Origin: Eledone cirrhosa
Taxonomy: Eukaryota
Reading direction: 5' to 3'
NCBI GenBank assembly: GCA_964016885.1
Contig: OZ024750.1
Location: 11,284,001-11,348,000 of the forward strand
Length of the DNA: 64,000 nt
The position numbers and the translations under genes are program-made. Each line of letters begins with the position of its first letter. The first letter of the stretch is position 1. This document shows, one piece after another, positions 1 through 13,525 of the stretch. The notes beneath the pieces are model-generated. The model had not been told where the DNA came from and made no database searches. It saw nothing but the letters and a program-made list of their open reading frames with translations.

Positions 1-347
1 ATATATTGAAATTAGATGCCTTTATAATTCAAAACATCTGATTTCCATAAATAATTCAAATTCAATAGTACACTGATGAGATCAGCGTATGATTAAATTG
101 CCTACATATATGATTGGAATTTTATTATCATTGTAACTATTCAATAAATACGATATAGATTAAAGATGAGTCTATGGTTTCATTTTAATTATTATTGCTA
201 TGTAGTTATTTAAAATATTTAAATATTTTCTATCTTTGAGAAATACATGAGGAAAGAAGGTGGGAAGGAATTTGGAAATGCATGGTTCTGGGTGGGAACG
301 ATTGTGCTTCAGGGTTAGTAGGGTACCTGGGAGGCTGGAACTATAAA

Positions 348-524
348 TAATTGTTTCTACTTTTGGCACAAGGCCAGCAATTACCCAGTACATTACTGGT
401 ACTTTATTTTATCGACCCCGTAAGGATGAAAGGCAAAGATAACCTCGGATGTGAACTCAGACCGGAAAATGACGTAACTATGCTGGAAAGCATGGCGTCC
501 AACCCTCTACCGATACTACCAATT
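348..524 (-). mobile_element. tRNA-derived SINE (dominant family, here SINE-1)
   Basis: Reverse complement shows an A-box-like TGGTAGTATCGGTAG, a B-box-like GAGTTCACATCC, the body CTTTGCCTTTCATCCTTACGGGGTCGATAAAATAAAGTACCAG and the tail GGCCTTGTGCCAAAAGTAGAAACAATTATT. More than 25 similar copies occur in the window. Confidence 0.9.
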
Positions 525-641
525 GATTGAGAAAAGGAGAGACAAGAGAGTGGAGAACACGTGTGTAGATGTAGCAGGGGGTTAGCAATCTCCAAGGAGT
601 AGAGAACATTGTAGCAACAGTATAAAGGGGGAAACGGGGAA

Positions 642-692
642 AAGGGTGAAAGCAGCGATTCTTTGCTTAAACTTTAATCTGTTATTTTAATA

Positions 693-694
<2 letters not shown>
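642..694 (+). mobile_element. Family A short element fragment (3' half of HHR-like motif) abutting (TA)n
   Basis: AAGGGTGAAAGCAGCGATTCTTTGCTTAAACTTTAATCTGTTATTTTAAT is near-identical to copies at 7.25, 20.27 and 50.7 kb. Confidence 0.75.
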
Positions 695-726
<32 letters not shown>

Positions 727-1934
727 AATGGAAGTTTAGTAAAATCGAAGTTTTGGTGGTGGCCAAGCTAACGATATACAATTAGGAATGTGCAGCAAAG
801 CACTTGATAAGGTTGTGTCACGTTAGAGCAATAACATACGATAGCTAGCTTGACAAATTGAAAACTGCAACAGGTGAGCCCAGCCACATGAAACCAAAGC
901 AACGAAAATAAGTCGATGCTTGTGTGCCTTTAGATATATTGTAGTGTGTTGATACGCAGGTATGCGTAGTAAGGTGTGTATGTGTATGTCTATATTTGCT
1001 TTTGTTATTTAAGTATTTTGATGTCGATAGAAACTCACATTTTTCATTAACATAACGGAAAAAAAAACACCTAATTCTGATTCTGCGCCACTCTTTCCTG
1101 TCTTATTTCTCGTATATATTGTACATTTTAAATGAATTTCTTGTCACTTTATCAACGAAAATTCTCACCAACGCAGAATAATAACAGAGAATAATCCTAA
1201 TACTATATCTGAGGAATTGCAACAATGTGAATATATAGTTGTGTATTACTAACAGAAAATATTTACACTCTTTCATTTCGTTCATTACTTTTCATTGTCT
1301 TATGAAATGGTTCATATAAATTCCTTTCTATAATCATAAAATATCCTAAAATAGAAACATTTCCCATAAAATATATTACTACGATATTGGCGAGACTTAA
1401 AGCTAGCCAGTCTACACATTATTTTCTCCTTTGCCAACACTTCTGTAGTAGAGTCTGCAGTGAAGCGTATCATACAATGATATAAATATACTTACAAAAA
1501 AGATATTTACATTATGCCAGCATTTCTTGGATTGAGGTATATCTACAGGCTTAGGAATTTCATTTTTCTGGCTACGAAGTTAAGAGTTCGATATCATAAC
1601 GACAGAAATTTGACAGAAATTTGGTGTACAGAAAGCTGTGGGTGGACGTGCATTATATATATATATATATATATATATTATACTTGGGGAGGGTCATATT
1701 GTTATAATATTGTCAGAAATATTATAACAATGTTCTGTTATTATTTCTGGCAATATTATAACAATATGGCTCTCCTTAAGTATAACAATATTTGTTTCGA
1801 AACACGATTTCATATCAAAAACCTTGCAAAACAAATATATATATATATATATATGGGGAGGTGGGGAAGGCAAAAGGAAAACCTGCATAATCGGGAAGAG
1901 AGCAGAGATATTATATTATTTATTTATGTTCTCT

Positions 1935-2190
1935 CAGTAAGTTGCCAGAGCACTAACTTGTGTGCCACTAACTTGTGTGTCATTGTGTTTGATGCAGGTG
2001 CTAGCGAATCACATCCTTCTTTGTTGAACTTTTAATGAAACCTTTGTAAGATCATCATAAAGTTCTGCATTTATTACATGGCTTCTTCATGAAACATTGA
2101 GTACCATTCTAAACGTTCTAGTATAGCATCTAATTGTTTCTTTAAGGGTTTTATAAGACGCTACCTTACACTACTTGATCCATACACTTT
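1935..2190 (-). pseudogene. Decayed RTE-clade LINE ORF C-terminal fragment
   Basis: Minus-strand translation with frameshifts gives LYGS..KQLD/CYTRTFRMVLNVS*RSHVINAELYDDLTKVSLKVQ/RRM*FASTCIKH..HKLVLWQ, resembling the RTE post-RT motif (LDGCYTRMLR..LNISW..H..N.ELYG..RRLRFAGHC..LVLWQP). Confidence 0.7.
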
Positions 2191-3340
2191 CCCAACTTCA
2201 CTACTACGACTTCTTCCTTAACAAAGCCACATGATTCTTCGGTGTATTTAACAGGGTTTACAGTTGTGTGCGTTCCCACCCCATATTCACATGCAGATGT
2301 TCAGGCTGGTCATCAATCGCATCAATCTGATCAAACTTGTTTTACAAACAAGCTCCTATATTTAGTGAAAACTTAGCTCAAACTCTCCGTCTTTAAAATT
2401 ATCCTCATCACTGATCTTTCAAGTAATTTATCCTGTTTCCTCTCAACTAAACTAAATTACAGGATCCAAACTGTTCATTACCTGCACTTATATTTCCATC
2501 TTCTCATATTTGCTACTCTCAGATTGCCTAAGGTGTCTAGAGGTCAGGTTAAATTTCTGAATAATTGCCCTCATCATTCAAATATTTTCACTTCATAGAA
2601 CATATTGAATTTAAACAGTCATTCAATCTTATCGATTGCTTTCAATAATCATCTCGTTGTTATTAGCGCATGTGCAAATTATATCAACCAGGAATATGCT
2701 AATAAAGTCTATTTCCTTTGATTTTTCCCCATCTACGATTATTATTAGATTACTCGGGATTATAATCAAAACATTTAACAGGGAGTGGTTTAATACGAAA
2801 TGTAGCCGAACTTGAAATGTAATTAATTTTTCTGAATTCGTTCTGACAAGATACACAGACAAGTCATTTCCAAGAATTCAAAATTGTCTTCTATTGAAAG
2901 TTACATATTACCACGTAATACATACTAACGCTTCAAATGTTAGGATGAATGATTCTGACACATTGCATCACATCTCCAGCTGATAATTTTCTTCCACTGT
3001 AGATAACAACTCCCTTACAATACTAACTGCTGACAGTTATTTCATTTCTTTATCTATTTTTGGTTTACAGTTGAAAAGATCTCTATAGATAGAGAGAAAG
3101 AGATACAGGTGATGGACAGCGAAAGAGAAAGAATGAGAATTGAAGACAGATAAAAATCAGACTTACAGACATACAGAAAGACAGACAGATATAAATGTAG
3201 AAACTGATCGATATCAAAGATATTTAACTGAAGCTAATTTCAATGTATTCAATCAACATTTTAAATCTTAGATTAGCAGTGATTATTAACTATGAAAAAA
3301 TTTATTATTATTATTATTATTATTTTGGCAGTATTAGAGC

Positions 3341-3652
3341 AGTGGATTGGCAGTATCGGTAGAGGGTCGAACGCCATGCTTTTCAGCATAGAGTTACGGC
3401 TCTTTACGTTCTGAGTTCAAATCCAGCCGAGGTTAACTTTGCCTTTCATCCTTACGGGGTCGATAAAATAAAGTACCAGTCACGCACTGGGGTCGATTTA
3501 ATCGACTTGCCCCTACCCCCAAAATTGCTGGCATTCTGCCTATATAAGAAACCATTATGTTGGCAGTATAGTTAGAGCGTCGGACAACATGCTTACTGCT
3601 CTTTACGTTCTCAGTTCAAATCCCCCCGAGGTTAGCTTTGCCTTTCATACTT
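3341..3652 (+). mobile_element. SINE-1, full copy plus partial second copy
   Basis: GGATTGGCAGTATCGGTAGAGGGTCG head, GAGTTCAAATCC B-box and conserved body; a second head follows at about 3560. Confidence 0.85.
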
Positions 3653-4016
3653 ACTTTTTTTTCTTCTTTTTTTTACAGTTAAAACCGTTTCATTTTGTAA
3701 TAAGATGAGACAGGAGAGTGTTTCTGGGTATGATGGAGACTTATTTTGTATTTCTTCACAGAACCCCAAACTAATTTGTAGTTTTATACTAAATGAAATA
3801 ATTAAACTTCTTTCGCATGGCACAGAATATGAAATCAAGAATAGATCTTTTAAACAATTTTTTTCTCTTGATATAAAAATATACAGCTAGTTCATACACG
3901 ATGTGAGTAATCAGAAATAAATTATTTCCCTAACTCAACATATAAGTGAACAGTCTAAACACGTTTCTCCTGTTTTCAAGTGAAAAGTAAACATTAATTG
4001 GTCTCATTATTTCTGT

Positions 4017-4370
4017 ATTGGCAGTATCGGTAGAGGATCGGACACCATGCTTTGACGCATAGAGTCACGGCCCTTGCCATTCTGAGTTCAAATCCCGCCG
4101 AGGTTAACTTTGCCTCTTATCCTTACGGGGTCGATCAAATAAAGTACCAGTAATGAACTGGTGTCGATTTAATCGACTTTCCCTCAAATTGTTGGCCTTA
4201 TGCCTAAATCAGAAACAATTATTTCCAGCATAGTTACGTCCCTTTACGGTCTGAGTTCAAATCCCGTCGAGGTTAACTTTGCCTTTCATCCTTACGGGGT
4301 CGATAAAATAAAGTACCAGTAATGTACTGGGATAATTACTGGCCTTGTGCCAAAAGTAGAAACAATTATT
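4017..4370 (+). mobile_element. SINE-1, two tandem copies
   Basis: Two successive GAGTTCAAATCCCG..GCCT(C/T)T(T/C)ATCCTTACGGGGTCGAT..AGAAACAATTATT units. Confidence 0.85.
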
Positions 4371-4552
4371 TCTGTTTCAATGATAGGATATTCTGTTGAT
4401 TTATTTGTATATATAAATGTATGTAGTGTGTCATACATTTATATATAACTTTGCCACAACTCACACACTCGCTCACGACCGCCAAAGATGGAGGCAGTTG
4501 TTGCAGCGTTCAACACTGCAGTGTCCCAACGACCCCGAAAAGGGTCAAGGAA

Positions 4553-4573
4553 CGATGATGACGACGACGACGT

Positions 4574-4629
<56 letters not shown>

Positions 4630-4707
4630 GTGATGATGGTGATGATGATGATGGTGATGATGGTGATGATGATGATGATGTTGATGATGATGATGATGAT
4701 GATGATA
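4553..4707. repeat. (GAT)n trinucleotide microsatellite
   Basis: Directly visible; it produces the poly-D and poly-M ORFs. Confidence 0.95.
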
Positions 4708-5929
4708 TAAATATATATTATTTTTCTTTGTTATATTGTTTGTTTGTTGTTTTCTATGTTGTTTCTCGTGAGAAGATATTGTGTATTGGTAATTTTATTT
4801 CGTAATTATCCCAGATTTTTGAAACGATTGAACTTCAACTAGTTGTGCTACTACCTGGAAACATATTGATAATTTTAGTATTTAATCGATCTCATTATCT
4901 GTTAATTTACATGTTTCTTCTGCATCAACTAACTCCTATATATTTATAGAATCTCTGCCTTTAAATTATTTTTTTAAAAGTAATTATGTAGTTGGTATTT
5001 AAGTAGAATTTTCAATAATTATGTAGATTCATACAAAGTTACATCGGGAATGGAAGATGTAAGTCTCTTATGTACATTTATTCGATTTACTAATACGTAA
5101 AAGTAACAATTTTATAAATATTCACACGAAAAGACAACATTAGTTTTCGTTTATTTACCCTTTAGCGGTATTAGTTAATTGTGTAACTGTTCAGTTAGTT
5201 ATTTCCCTAAAGTATGCCATGAAGAGAAAATCATTAAAGCTACTTCAAATCATTACTAATTTTCTCGACATTTATCAGCCAAGTGATTATCTCAAATTTT
5301 AATTAGTATGCCTAAAGTATTTAATATGTATTTTTATTAATACACGTTTTTTTTATTTTTATTTATTTTTTTTTTTTTGTAGAGAATTATAAATTAAACT
5401 GAGTCCTATTTGTGGCTTTCTCAAAATTATCAACATCGTCAGTTGTTGATTTCTATGTTTAGAATCAGATTAGCCTTGATCCATTGAACCAAATATTAAA
5501 GACATACTAATAGAAAAACCACCCTTTGGGGGGTTTTCTGCTAGCATGTGTAATGTGCATATTGATATTATACGCAATATAAACGTTATGATATAACGAT
5601 GCAAATATATGAACGTTTATATAAGCGTTATAATATAGCGTCTGTTATATCATAACCGGAAGTATTTACATTTGAAAATTTTAAAGAAGTGAATCTTAAA
5701 ATAAGCAATCATTATATATAAGAATATTTATATTTAATCAACAGCTACGAAATTTAGTACATAAATTATGTAATATTCATTCATTATTTATTCAAAGTAA
5801 TCAGACTTATTTTACTAACGGGATAAAAAAATATATTCAGGACACAATCCCGCACTTCTCCCTTTATTATATTATGATACTAACAGTTATAATGTATTTT
5901 CAGAGAGTTGTAGGGTTACATTATTTAAT

Positions 5930-6121
5930 GGGCGGTGGATTGGCAGTATCGGTAGAGGGTCGGACGCCATGCTTTCCAGCATAGTTACGTCTCTTTACGA
6001 TCTGAGTTCAAATCCCACCGAGGTTAACTTTGCCTTTCATCCTTACGGGGTCGATAAAATAAAGTACCAGTAATGCACTGGGTAATTGCTGGCCTTGTGC
6101 CTAAAGTAGAAACAATTATTT
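5930..6121 (+). mobile_element. SINE-1 full-length, near-consensus
   Basis: GGGCGGTGGATTGGCAGTATCGGTAGAGGGTCGGACGCC...GAGTTCAAATCCC...AGTAGAAACAATTATT. Confidence 0.9.
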
Positions 6122-7064
6122 AATGAGTTATTGCGATGTGTTACACTGTATGAGATGGTTTGAGAGAGATTTAGCTGCAAATAATAGTATATCTAGCAAT
6201 CCCATACTTTGGCATCAGCTATCTCAATAAATTGGACCGGTATCAATTGGGAAACGGAATTGACAGATTTACATTACTAATATCTTACGTCTTACTTTAT
6301 GGTACGAAACATTATTCTCGGGAAAAGTATGTTCAATGAACAAAGAGAAGCATTTATTTAGATAGTGTTGCTTTCAATTACTTGTTACAATAAGTCACAG
6401 TGAGAAAGAAGGGGAAATGGATGCCCATCGCACTTCATTTAGCTTTGTTCCCTAATGGGAAGTTGCCATGGTGATAAAATGTAGCACATTTTGAATGTCT
6501 AGTCAGTCATCAGTGGCGTATCAAAGTCAATATAGATTTAGTAACAGCCATACAGGTGTGTCTATTGAAAGATAATGGGACGTGGAAATATTTCCACTGA
6601 TGAATTGGAATTGTTGAGATTGGATAATTTCACACGTTCAGAGATAATAGAATTCCTCACTGAGTCTTGTGAGAATAAATCACAGGAACTTGCTCAGTTG
6701 ATTAAGGATCGCCAATCCAGTTCTAAGCTTCACAAAAATGCATAACCCACTGTGTTCAAATTTCTACAATCGTAAGCTAAGAGACAAATCAAGTTTCCTT
6801 TTTGTGTAAGACGCCATCAAATAAAAGGGAAATATAGGGTGAAAATTAATACTTAATAGCATTTATTCCCATGGGAAACGTCGAAGGAATTGTATCGATA
6901 ATTGGTGCGACTAATTACCTATTTATATAGTTACTCGCTGCGTTCGGAAATTTAAGTTTGGGGATATTACTATTTTCTGTATTAATGATTGGTATAGATA
7001 CCAAAATGATAACAAACATACACACATACATACATATATATATACACACACACACACACGCACG

Positions 7065-7161
<97 letters not shown>

Positions 7162-7207
7162 TATTACTTTCAAAGTAAAGGGTGTCATGAATGATACAAA
7201 ATCAAAC

Positions 7208-7245
<38 letters not shown>

Positions 7246-7257
7246 AAATAACGAATT

Positions 7258-7312
7258 AAAGTTTAAGCAAAGAATCGCTGCTTTCACCCTTAACGGAATC
7301 TTCTGAAACTCT
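7258..7312 (-). ncRNA. Non-canonical hammerhead-like motif (family A; core CAGAAGA)
   Basis: Reverse complement AGAGTTT-CAGAAGA-TTCC gttaa GGGT-GAA-AGCAG cgattct TTGCT-T-AAACTTT. Stems I, II and III all form; core position 4 is A instead of U. Confidence 0.55.
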
Positions 7313-7315
7313 TTA

Positions 7316-7373
<58 letters not shown>

Positions 7374-7419
7374 ATGTGTGTGTGTGCGTGTGTGTATATA
7401 TATATGTGTGTGTGTGTGT

Positions 7420-7568
7420 AAAATCGTGACCGTGATTAAACCAGTATTGAACTAATTAGACGATTATTCAACGGAGTACTCGAAACTTGGGATAGTAGAA
7501 TGGGACTATATTAGAAATAGTCGACGCCCGACAGCTGAGCTCTTGCCATTTTGACAGCTAATTCCAGA
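7420..7568 (-). mobile_element. Diverged family B short element
   Basis: CCCGACAGCTGAGCTCTTGCCATTTTGACAGCTA and GAGTACTCGAAACTTGGGATAGTAGAATGGG match family B copies; flanked by microsatellites. Confidence 0.55.
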
Positions 7569-7730
7569 CATATACGTATATGTGTGTATGTCTGCATGTG
7601 TATGTGTGCATGTGTGCATGTGCATGTGTATGCGTGTGCGTGTATGTGTGTGTAATATGATGATTACTCTGTCTTATAGGCGTGTTTGTGTGTGTGTGGG
7701 GTGGGGGGTTAGGGGGGGGTGTCTGTGTGT

Positions 7731-7771
<41 letters not shown>

Positions 7772-8425
7772 TCTGTTTGTGTGTGTGTATATATATGTGA
7801 TATCATGATTACACTATATTCTATGCAGGCAATATTTAAAGAATATAAGATATATTTAGTGGGGCTTATGATTGTGTAAATTGATATATCACACTTCCAC
7901 TGTAACAAGAAGCACTTATCTTATATGAAATATAATAAAAACTGATTTAAAAATACCACGAGACAATGATTAGATTTGAAACGTTCTTATTTTAGCTTCA
8001 TTTCACAAAGAAAATCTGTTCACTATACTTGACTTCATTGAGTATAATCGATACTGTAGTCTTCCATAATGATTGTCATCGATTACGAAAATATATTTTT
8101 GTTGTTGTTGTTGTTGTTTGTTTTCGTTTTATGCTCAGGATTAGAGTAAATCGTATTTGCTAGGTAACTGTGTGAATATATGAGCGAGCCAATGGTTGGG
8201 GGAGAATATTTGATATAGAAGATGCGACTAGGCTTGCAAGTAATTCGGCAAGGGTTTGACGAGGAAGTAAAGCAGTAGTAGGGTGAGATAAAGAGGGGGA
8301 GGGGGTGATAGCATAAGTTACAGAATATCTCAGAGAAAAAATTGAACAAGAAAAAATTCCACGACTGGTGGAAGAGAGAACGTTTAACGAGTAAGAGGTG
8401 GGTGGTAATGATAGTATACATTATA

Positions 8426-8604
8426 GAGAAGACTTCTGGCGTCCTTGGCCCTAGGGCAGCCTCTCTACTTAACACCATCGGAATAGGGTTTGTTATCTGC
8501 AAGTGTGAGCCTCGAGAACTGGAATGACTCTTCCAGCAGGTCTCATTCACCATCCTCTGGGGAAACGCCTTCTCTATTCCGTCCACCGCAGCTGCTGAGC
8601 AGTA
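8426..8604 (+). pseudogene. CRE-like non-LTR retrotransposon 3' fragment (restriction-like endonuclease C-terminus)
   Basis: EKTSGVLGPRAASLLNTIGIGFVICKCEPRELE*LFQQVSFTILWGNAFSI matches the P.AVET.G..G......QR.S..I.RGNA motif of CRE-clade RLEs. Confidence 0.75.
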
Positions 8605-9431
8605 ATAGTAAGAGATGGGAAGAGTGGGATAGAGGGAGGCAATGACAGTGGGAGTTTGGTTCCATTGTGTCAGACCTGGTGTATGTGTATATATTTATTT
8701 ACCAGACCATATAAAGACAACATTTCATTGGTCTATCGTTTATCCAATTTTTAAGTTATTAAATAAGTCAGAGAAAAGAATGAACAAAAAAAAGAGAACG
8801 GCTGAATGAAGAGAGAATGTTTGACGAGTAAGACAGTGGAATGAACTGGAACATATGTGAGTGATTACATGAATAAAGTACCAGTAATGCACTGGGTTAG
8901 TTGCTGGCCTTGTGCCAAAAGTAGAAACATTTATTATTATTTTAATCAAAGAAATAAAGACAAGAAATAGGACAAAAGGAGAATATTGGATACCACAAAG
9001 AGCGGGAAATATTAATAGGCTGATAAATGACTTTTATTATCTTCTCAACTTCTGAGACAAGTGGATTGGCAGTATCGGTAGAGCGTCGGACAAGAGGTTT
9101 TGTGGTATATAGTTACTTCCCTGTAACCGAGGTTAATTTTACCTTTCATGCTTACAGGGTCGATAAAATGAAGTACCAAAAACTGCTGGCCTTGTGCTTA
9201 AATCTGAAATAATCATTATTTGTAGTAGTAGTAGTAGTAGTAGCATCTGATCGACGCACTTCTTAATTATATATATATATATGCCTATATATATATATAT
9301 ATATAGGCATATATATATTATATTATATTACATATACCTACGCACAGACATGCAGATATATATAAATACATGTATGTGGAAATTTAAACTCAATTTCACA
9401 TTTGGTTTATTTATTTCCCCCAGGTCCCATT

Positions 9432-9494
<63 letters not shown>

Positions 9495-10377
9495 CATTCT
9501 TTTTCTCTCTGTCTCTCTCTGAAAAACATTTTTTTTTTCGGACCAACAACATTTCGTGCCTATTTGCTAAATTTCTTTCATTCTTTTTAACTGAGATCCA
9601 TTCCAGATACACCGTATTGGCTGATATCAGATATCATTCACGTTTCTATTCTGTCACGCGCTCATTTTGTAAAAAAAATATTGATTGCGTCAATTCATAT
9701 ACATTGCCCAGGCAACTGAAATTGCCTCTTTATACGATAGGGAAACTATTGAATTTTATTTAGCGATATTTTATCATTTGTTCGTTAGTTATTTGGTTCG
9801 CTGGCTGGATGGTTGGATGGTTAGTTGGATGGTTGGATGGTTGGATGGTTTGTTATGTTGTGTGTGTAGATGTGTGGTCGTTTGTAGTTTTTTTGTTGAT
9901 TTTATTTTGTATTTTTTCATGTATTTGTTTGTTTACGTCTATATGTCTTTCGTAATTACGTGTGTTTTTTCTTTTGTTTTTTTGTTTCTCTTTGTCATTT
10001 TTAATTTTTCATTTTTCGTGTTTTATTTAAAATATGTTTTCGTGTTCCTTTGAGTTGATTAGATTTTTTTTATTATTTATTTATTTATTTATTTATTTAT
10101 TATAGGTTTTTTTGTTTCTTTTTTTTTAATTTTATTTCAAAATTCTTTCAATCAAGTTTTCTGCACTATCTTAACTCATTTAAAAAATTGTTTTTATTGC
10201 TCTTCATCGCTAAATACTGATGCTCGCTCATTTCGACAACTTTATAGCCCCCCCCCCCCCCCCCACCTCTCTCTCTCTCTCTCTAGCTAGATTATCGAAA
10301 TATATAAAAAAAAAGATATATGCCATTAGCAAAACATATAGAAACACCCACATGAATAAACAGATACGTAAATACAT

Positions 10378-10424
<47 letters not shown>

Positions 10425-10697
10425 CCTAAACACATGTTAATCATATTCATGTTCATGGGCCCTTAATTGGCGATAGAGTCGTAGGTGCATTGTAAAGATA
10501 TACAGCATGACTTTGGTATCTTAAACTTGACAGAAAAAGTTGAGCATCAACACATCTTTCTCCATTTATACGTCCCCTTATTAGACTATATCATTTAGTC
10601 AGTCATCCGGCGTCGCTTCAATTTCTATTTCAATTCTAAAACTTCACTCACCATCTTCCAAACGTATTTCTTTTGTTCATATATATGATATATGATA

Positions 10698-10803
10698 TAA
10701 TTGTTTCTACTTTTGGCACAAGGCCAGCAAATACCCAGTGCATTACTGGTACTTTATTTTATCGACCCCGTAAGGATGAAAGGCAAAGTTAACCTCGGTG
10801 GGA
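10698..10803 (-). mobile_element. SINE-1, 5'-truncated
   Basis: Body and tail match the family. Confidence 0.85.
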
Positions 10804-10874
10804 TATATGATATAATGCCTTATTTTTCCTCTGCGCTCTCTCTCCCTTTCTCTCTCTCTCTCTCTCTGTACATA

Positions 10875-10912
<38 letters not shown>

Positions 10913-10916
10913 CATT

Positions 10917-11024
<108 letters not shown>

Positions 11025-11025
11025 G

Positions 11026-11069
<44 letters not shown>

Positions 11070-11835
11070 TGCTTTCTTCCTTTCACTCACTATGTGCATT
11101 AGCCTACTCTTCACTTCCTAATACATGCTATGACCTCCTCATTCACGTATATTCTTGATATATCTGATCTAATGGGTAGTCTTTAAGCATACGAATTGTC
11201 TCAAGAGAGTAGAGAAAATGCGGTCTGTGTTGCTGAATCTAACTTTCTATTAATGGAACATATTTCATTTTTATATGAAGATAAGACGATCTGAAAATAC
11301 TTAAGTGCAGAATGGAGGTGAAGACAGTTATGACATCTGTTTCCTTTTCATACAAACTTTGTTGAAATTATTGTCACCTTGCACTCACCGTGTCGGTTCC
11401 GTACTCTGGTAGAACTGTAGCGTGTGCATGGCTAGAACGTACATAATACCCACAAGCACATACATGTACACCCACTCTCACACCTACACACAGTCATATG
11501 TATATAAAATTATGTACGTTAGGATGTAATAAAAGCTATATTCTCTTTCTGTTTAATTTACACCCTGTAATATAACTACATATACCTAAACTTTGGCTAA
11601 AAACTCGTGTTCTGGTGTTCCCCGTCTCTGAATCCAGGAATCGATGTCTCTTCAGATTGCCGAAGAGTGTCTCAGTGTTTCAGACCTTCCACCGTAACAT
11701 AAGACCTACTCAAGCACCAACCGTGGTAAGTAACGGAGCTCCTACACAACAATACGAAATTAGTTAAGTTTAATGTTATGTGACCGGGTCATACTATAGA
11801 AGTTATTCACTGCATTAACCACAACCATTCAGATT

Positions 11836-12129
11836 CTCTCTTGTACCACATCTTGTACCACATATTGTACCATTTCTTGTACCACATCTTGTACCACTCT
11901 CTTCTACCCCTCTCGTGTTCCACTCTCTTGTACAACATCTTGTACCATATCTTGTACCACATATTGTACCATTTCTTGTACCACATCTTGTACCACTCTC
12001 TTGTACCACTCTCTTGTACCACATATTCTACCACTCTCTTGTACTACATCTTGTACCTCTCTCTTGCACCACTCTCTTGTACCACATCTTGTACCACATA
12101 TTGTACCACTCTTGTAACACTCTTCCACA
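11836..12129. repeat. Minisatellite of ~12-bp TCTTGTACCACA variants
   Basis: Repeated TTGTACCAC core with TC/AT/ATAT spacers. Confidence 0.9.
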
Positions 12130-12516
12130 TCAAACGCCGATAATTTTCCCGAAAAATGTTTCATTTTTTGTTGTTGTTGTTGTTGTTGTTTTCTTTGCAA
12201 CTAGTTAGATGCCCCTGAGCAGTGAGTCAACCCTAGATCCAACAAATCTCCCCCATCCCCAATTCCCGGCGGCACATATCCCTACCGGGAGATTGATGCC
12301 TGCCGTCTGATGTATTCACAGAGTTGAAATAGTTCTCTGTATATTGTGGCTTTCATGTAGAATACATCAAGACGAATAAATCTTCTTAAAGATTCCAATT
12401 GCACTTTCAAATTCTTTTTCTTATGCGTGTGTGTATATATATATATATATATTTATGTGTGTGTATGTATGTGTGTGTGTGTGTGTGTGCGTCTGTGTTT
12501 GTGTGTGTATGTTTAC

Positions 12517-12585
<69 letters not shown>

Positions 12586-12838
12586 TATTTGTGTATAAGT
12601 GTTTGTTTATATCTGTAAGTGTATGTGTATATATATATATATATATTGTTTATGTATATAAACAAGCTCTAATCAGGAAACATTTGTAGTCTCGCGTGTA
12701 TAGTTTTCTTGAAATTCCTATATAGCGACGTCGCAATAGTCTGTTCCAATAATAGGACGCTACAAGCGTCAATTCAATTTCACAAATACAAAACAACATT
12801 GAGTAAAACAAAGATGTAGAAAATTGATTAGTTAGAAA

Positions 12839-12919
12839 TATTGGGTTGTAACATAAATTCCCGCCGTTTCTTTTATTAAGAAGTGTTATAAAAGTGGGAA
12901 TGTATGTTACAACCCAATA
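12839..12919. mobile_element. Tiny mariner-like MITE (TIRs only)
   Basis: TATTGGGTTGTAACATAAATTCCC ... GGGAATGTATGTTACAACCCAATA inverted repeats with TA ends, resembling mariner TIRs. Confidence 0.65.
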
Positions 12920-13134
12920 TTTCAATTGTAAGATAAGAGAGAATGAAATAGACCGTTATGTGAGGAATGTAGGTGTTTATGTTGTTACCAAGAACAGTGT
13001 TATTGTTGTTGTTGTTGTTGTTTCCGCTGAGGAATCCTCTCTGACTGGTTCACCTCAAGTTTAGGTCTAAATATTTTAAGTGAAGTCATAAATATTTAAT
13101 GCAGTGATACGAAATAATTAGATTCGTAATGAAA

Positions 13135-13525
13135 ATAACTGTTTCTACTTTTGGCACAAGGCCAGCAATTAACCAGTACATTACTGGTACTTTATTTTAT
13201 CGACCCCCGTAAGGATGAAAGGCAAAGTGAACCTCGGCGGGATTTGAACTCAGACCGTAAAGGGACGTAACTATGCTGGAAAGCATGGCGTCCGACTCTC
13301 TACCGATACTGCCAATCCACCGTGAAAATAATGATTTCTAGTATAGGCACTAGGGTAGTAATTTTGGAGGGAGGGGAAAGACGATTACATTACTGGTGCT
13401 TTATTTTATCGACCCCGTAAGGATGAAAGGCAAAGTTGATCTCGGTGGGATTTGAACTCAGACCGTAAAGGGGCGTAACTCTATGCTGAAAAGCATGGTG
13501 TCCTACCCTCTACCGAAACTGCCGA
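13135..13525 (-). mobile_element. SINE-1, two tandem copies
   Basis: Two complete reverse-strand units, at about 13135-13323 and 13330-13525. Confidence 0.88.

Noticed and set aside
68-110. CTGATGA-GATCA gcgta TGATT-AAA hammerhead candidate
   Set aside because: Stem II forms, but GAAA is broken and stems I and III are unconvincing; at best a decayed copy.
4417-4805. Poly-Asp / poly-Met ORFs
   Set aside because: A (GAT)n microsatellite with no supporting splice or domain context.
5502-5548. Hairpin followed by CTAG as a Helitron 3' end
   Set aside because: Only a short imperfect palindrome, with no 5' TC end or second copy visible.
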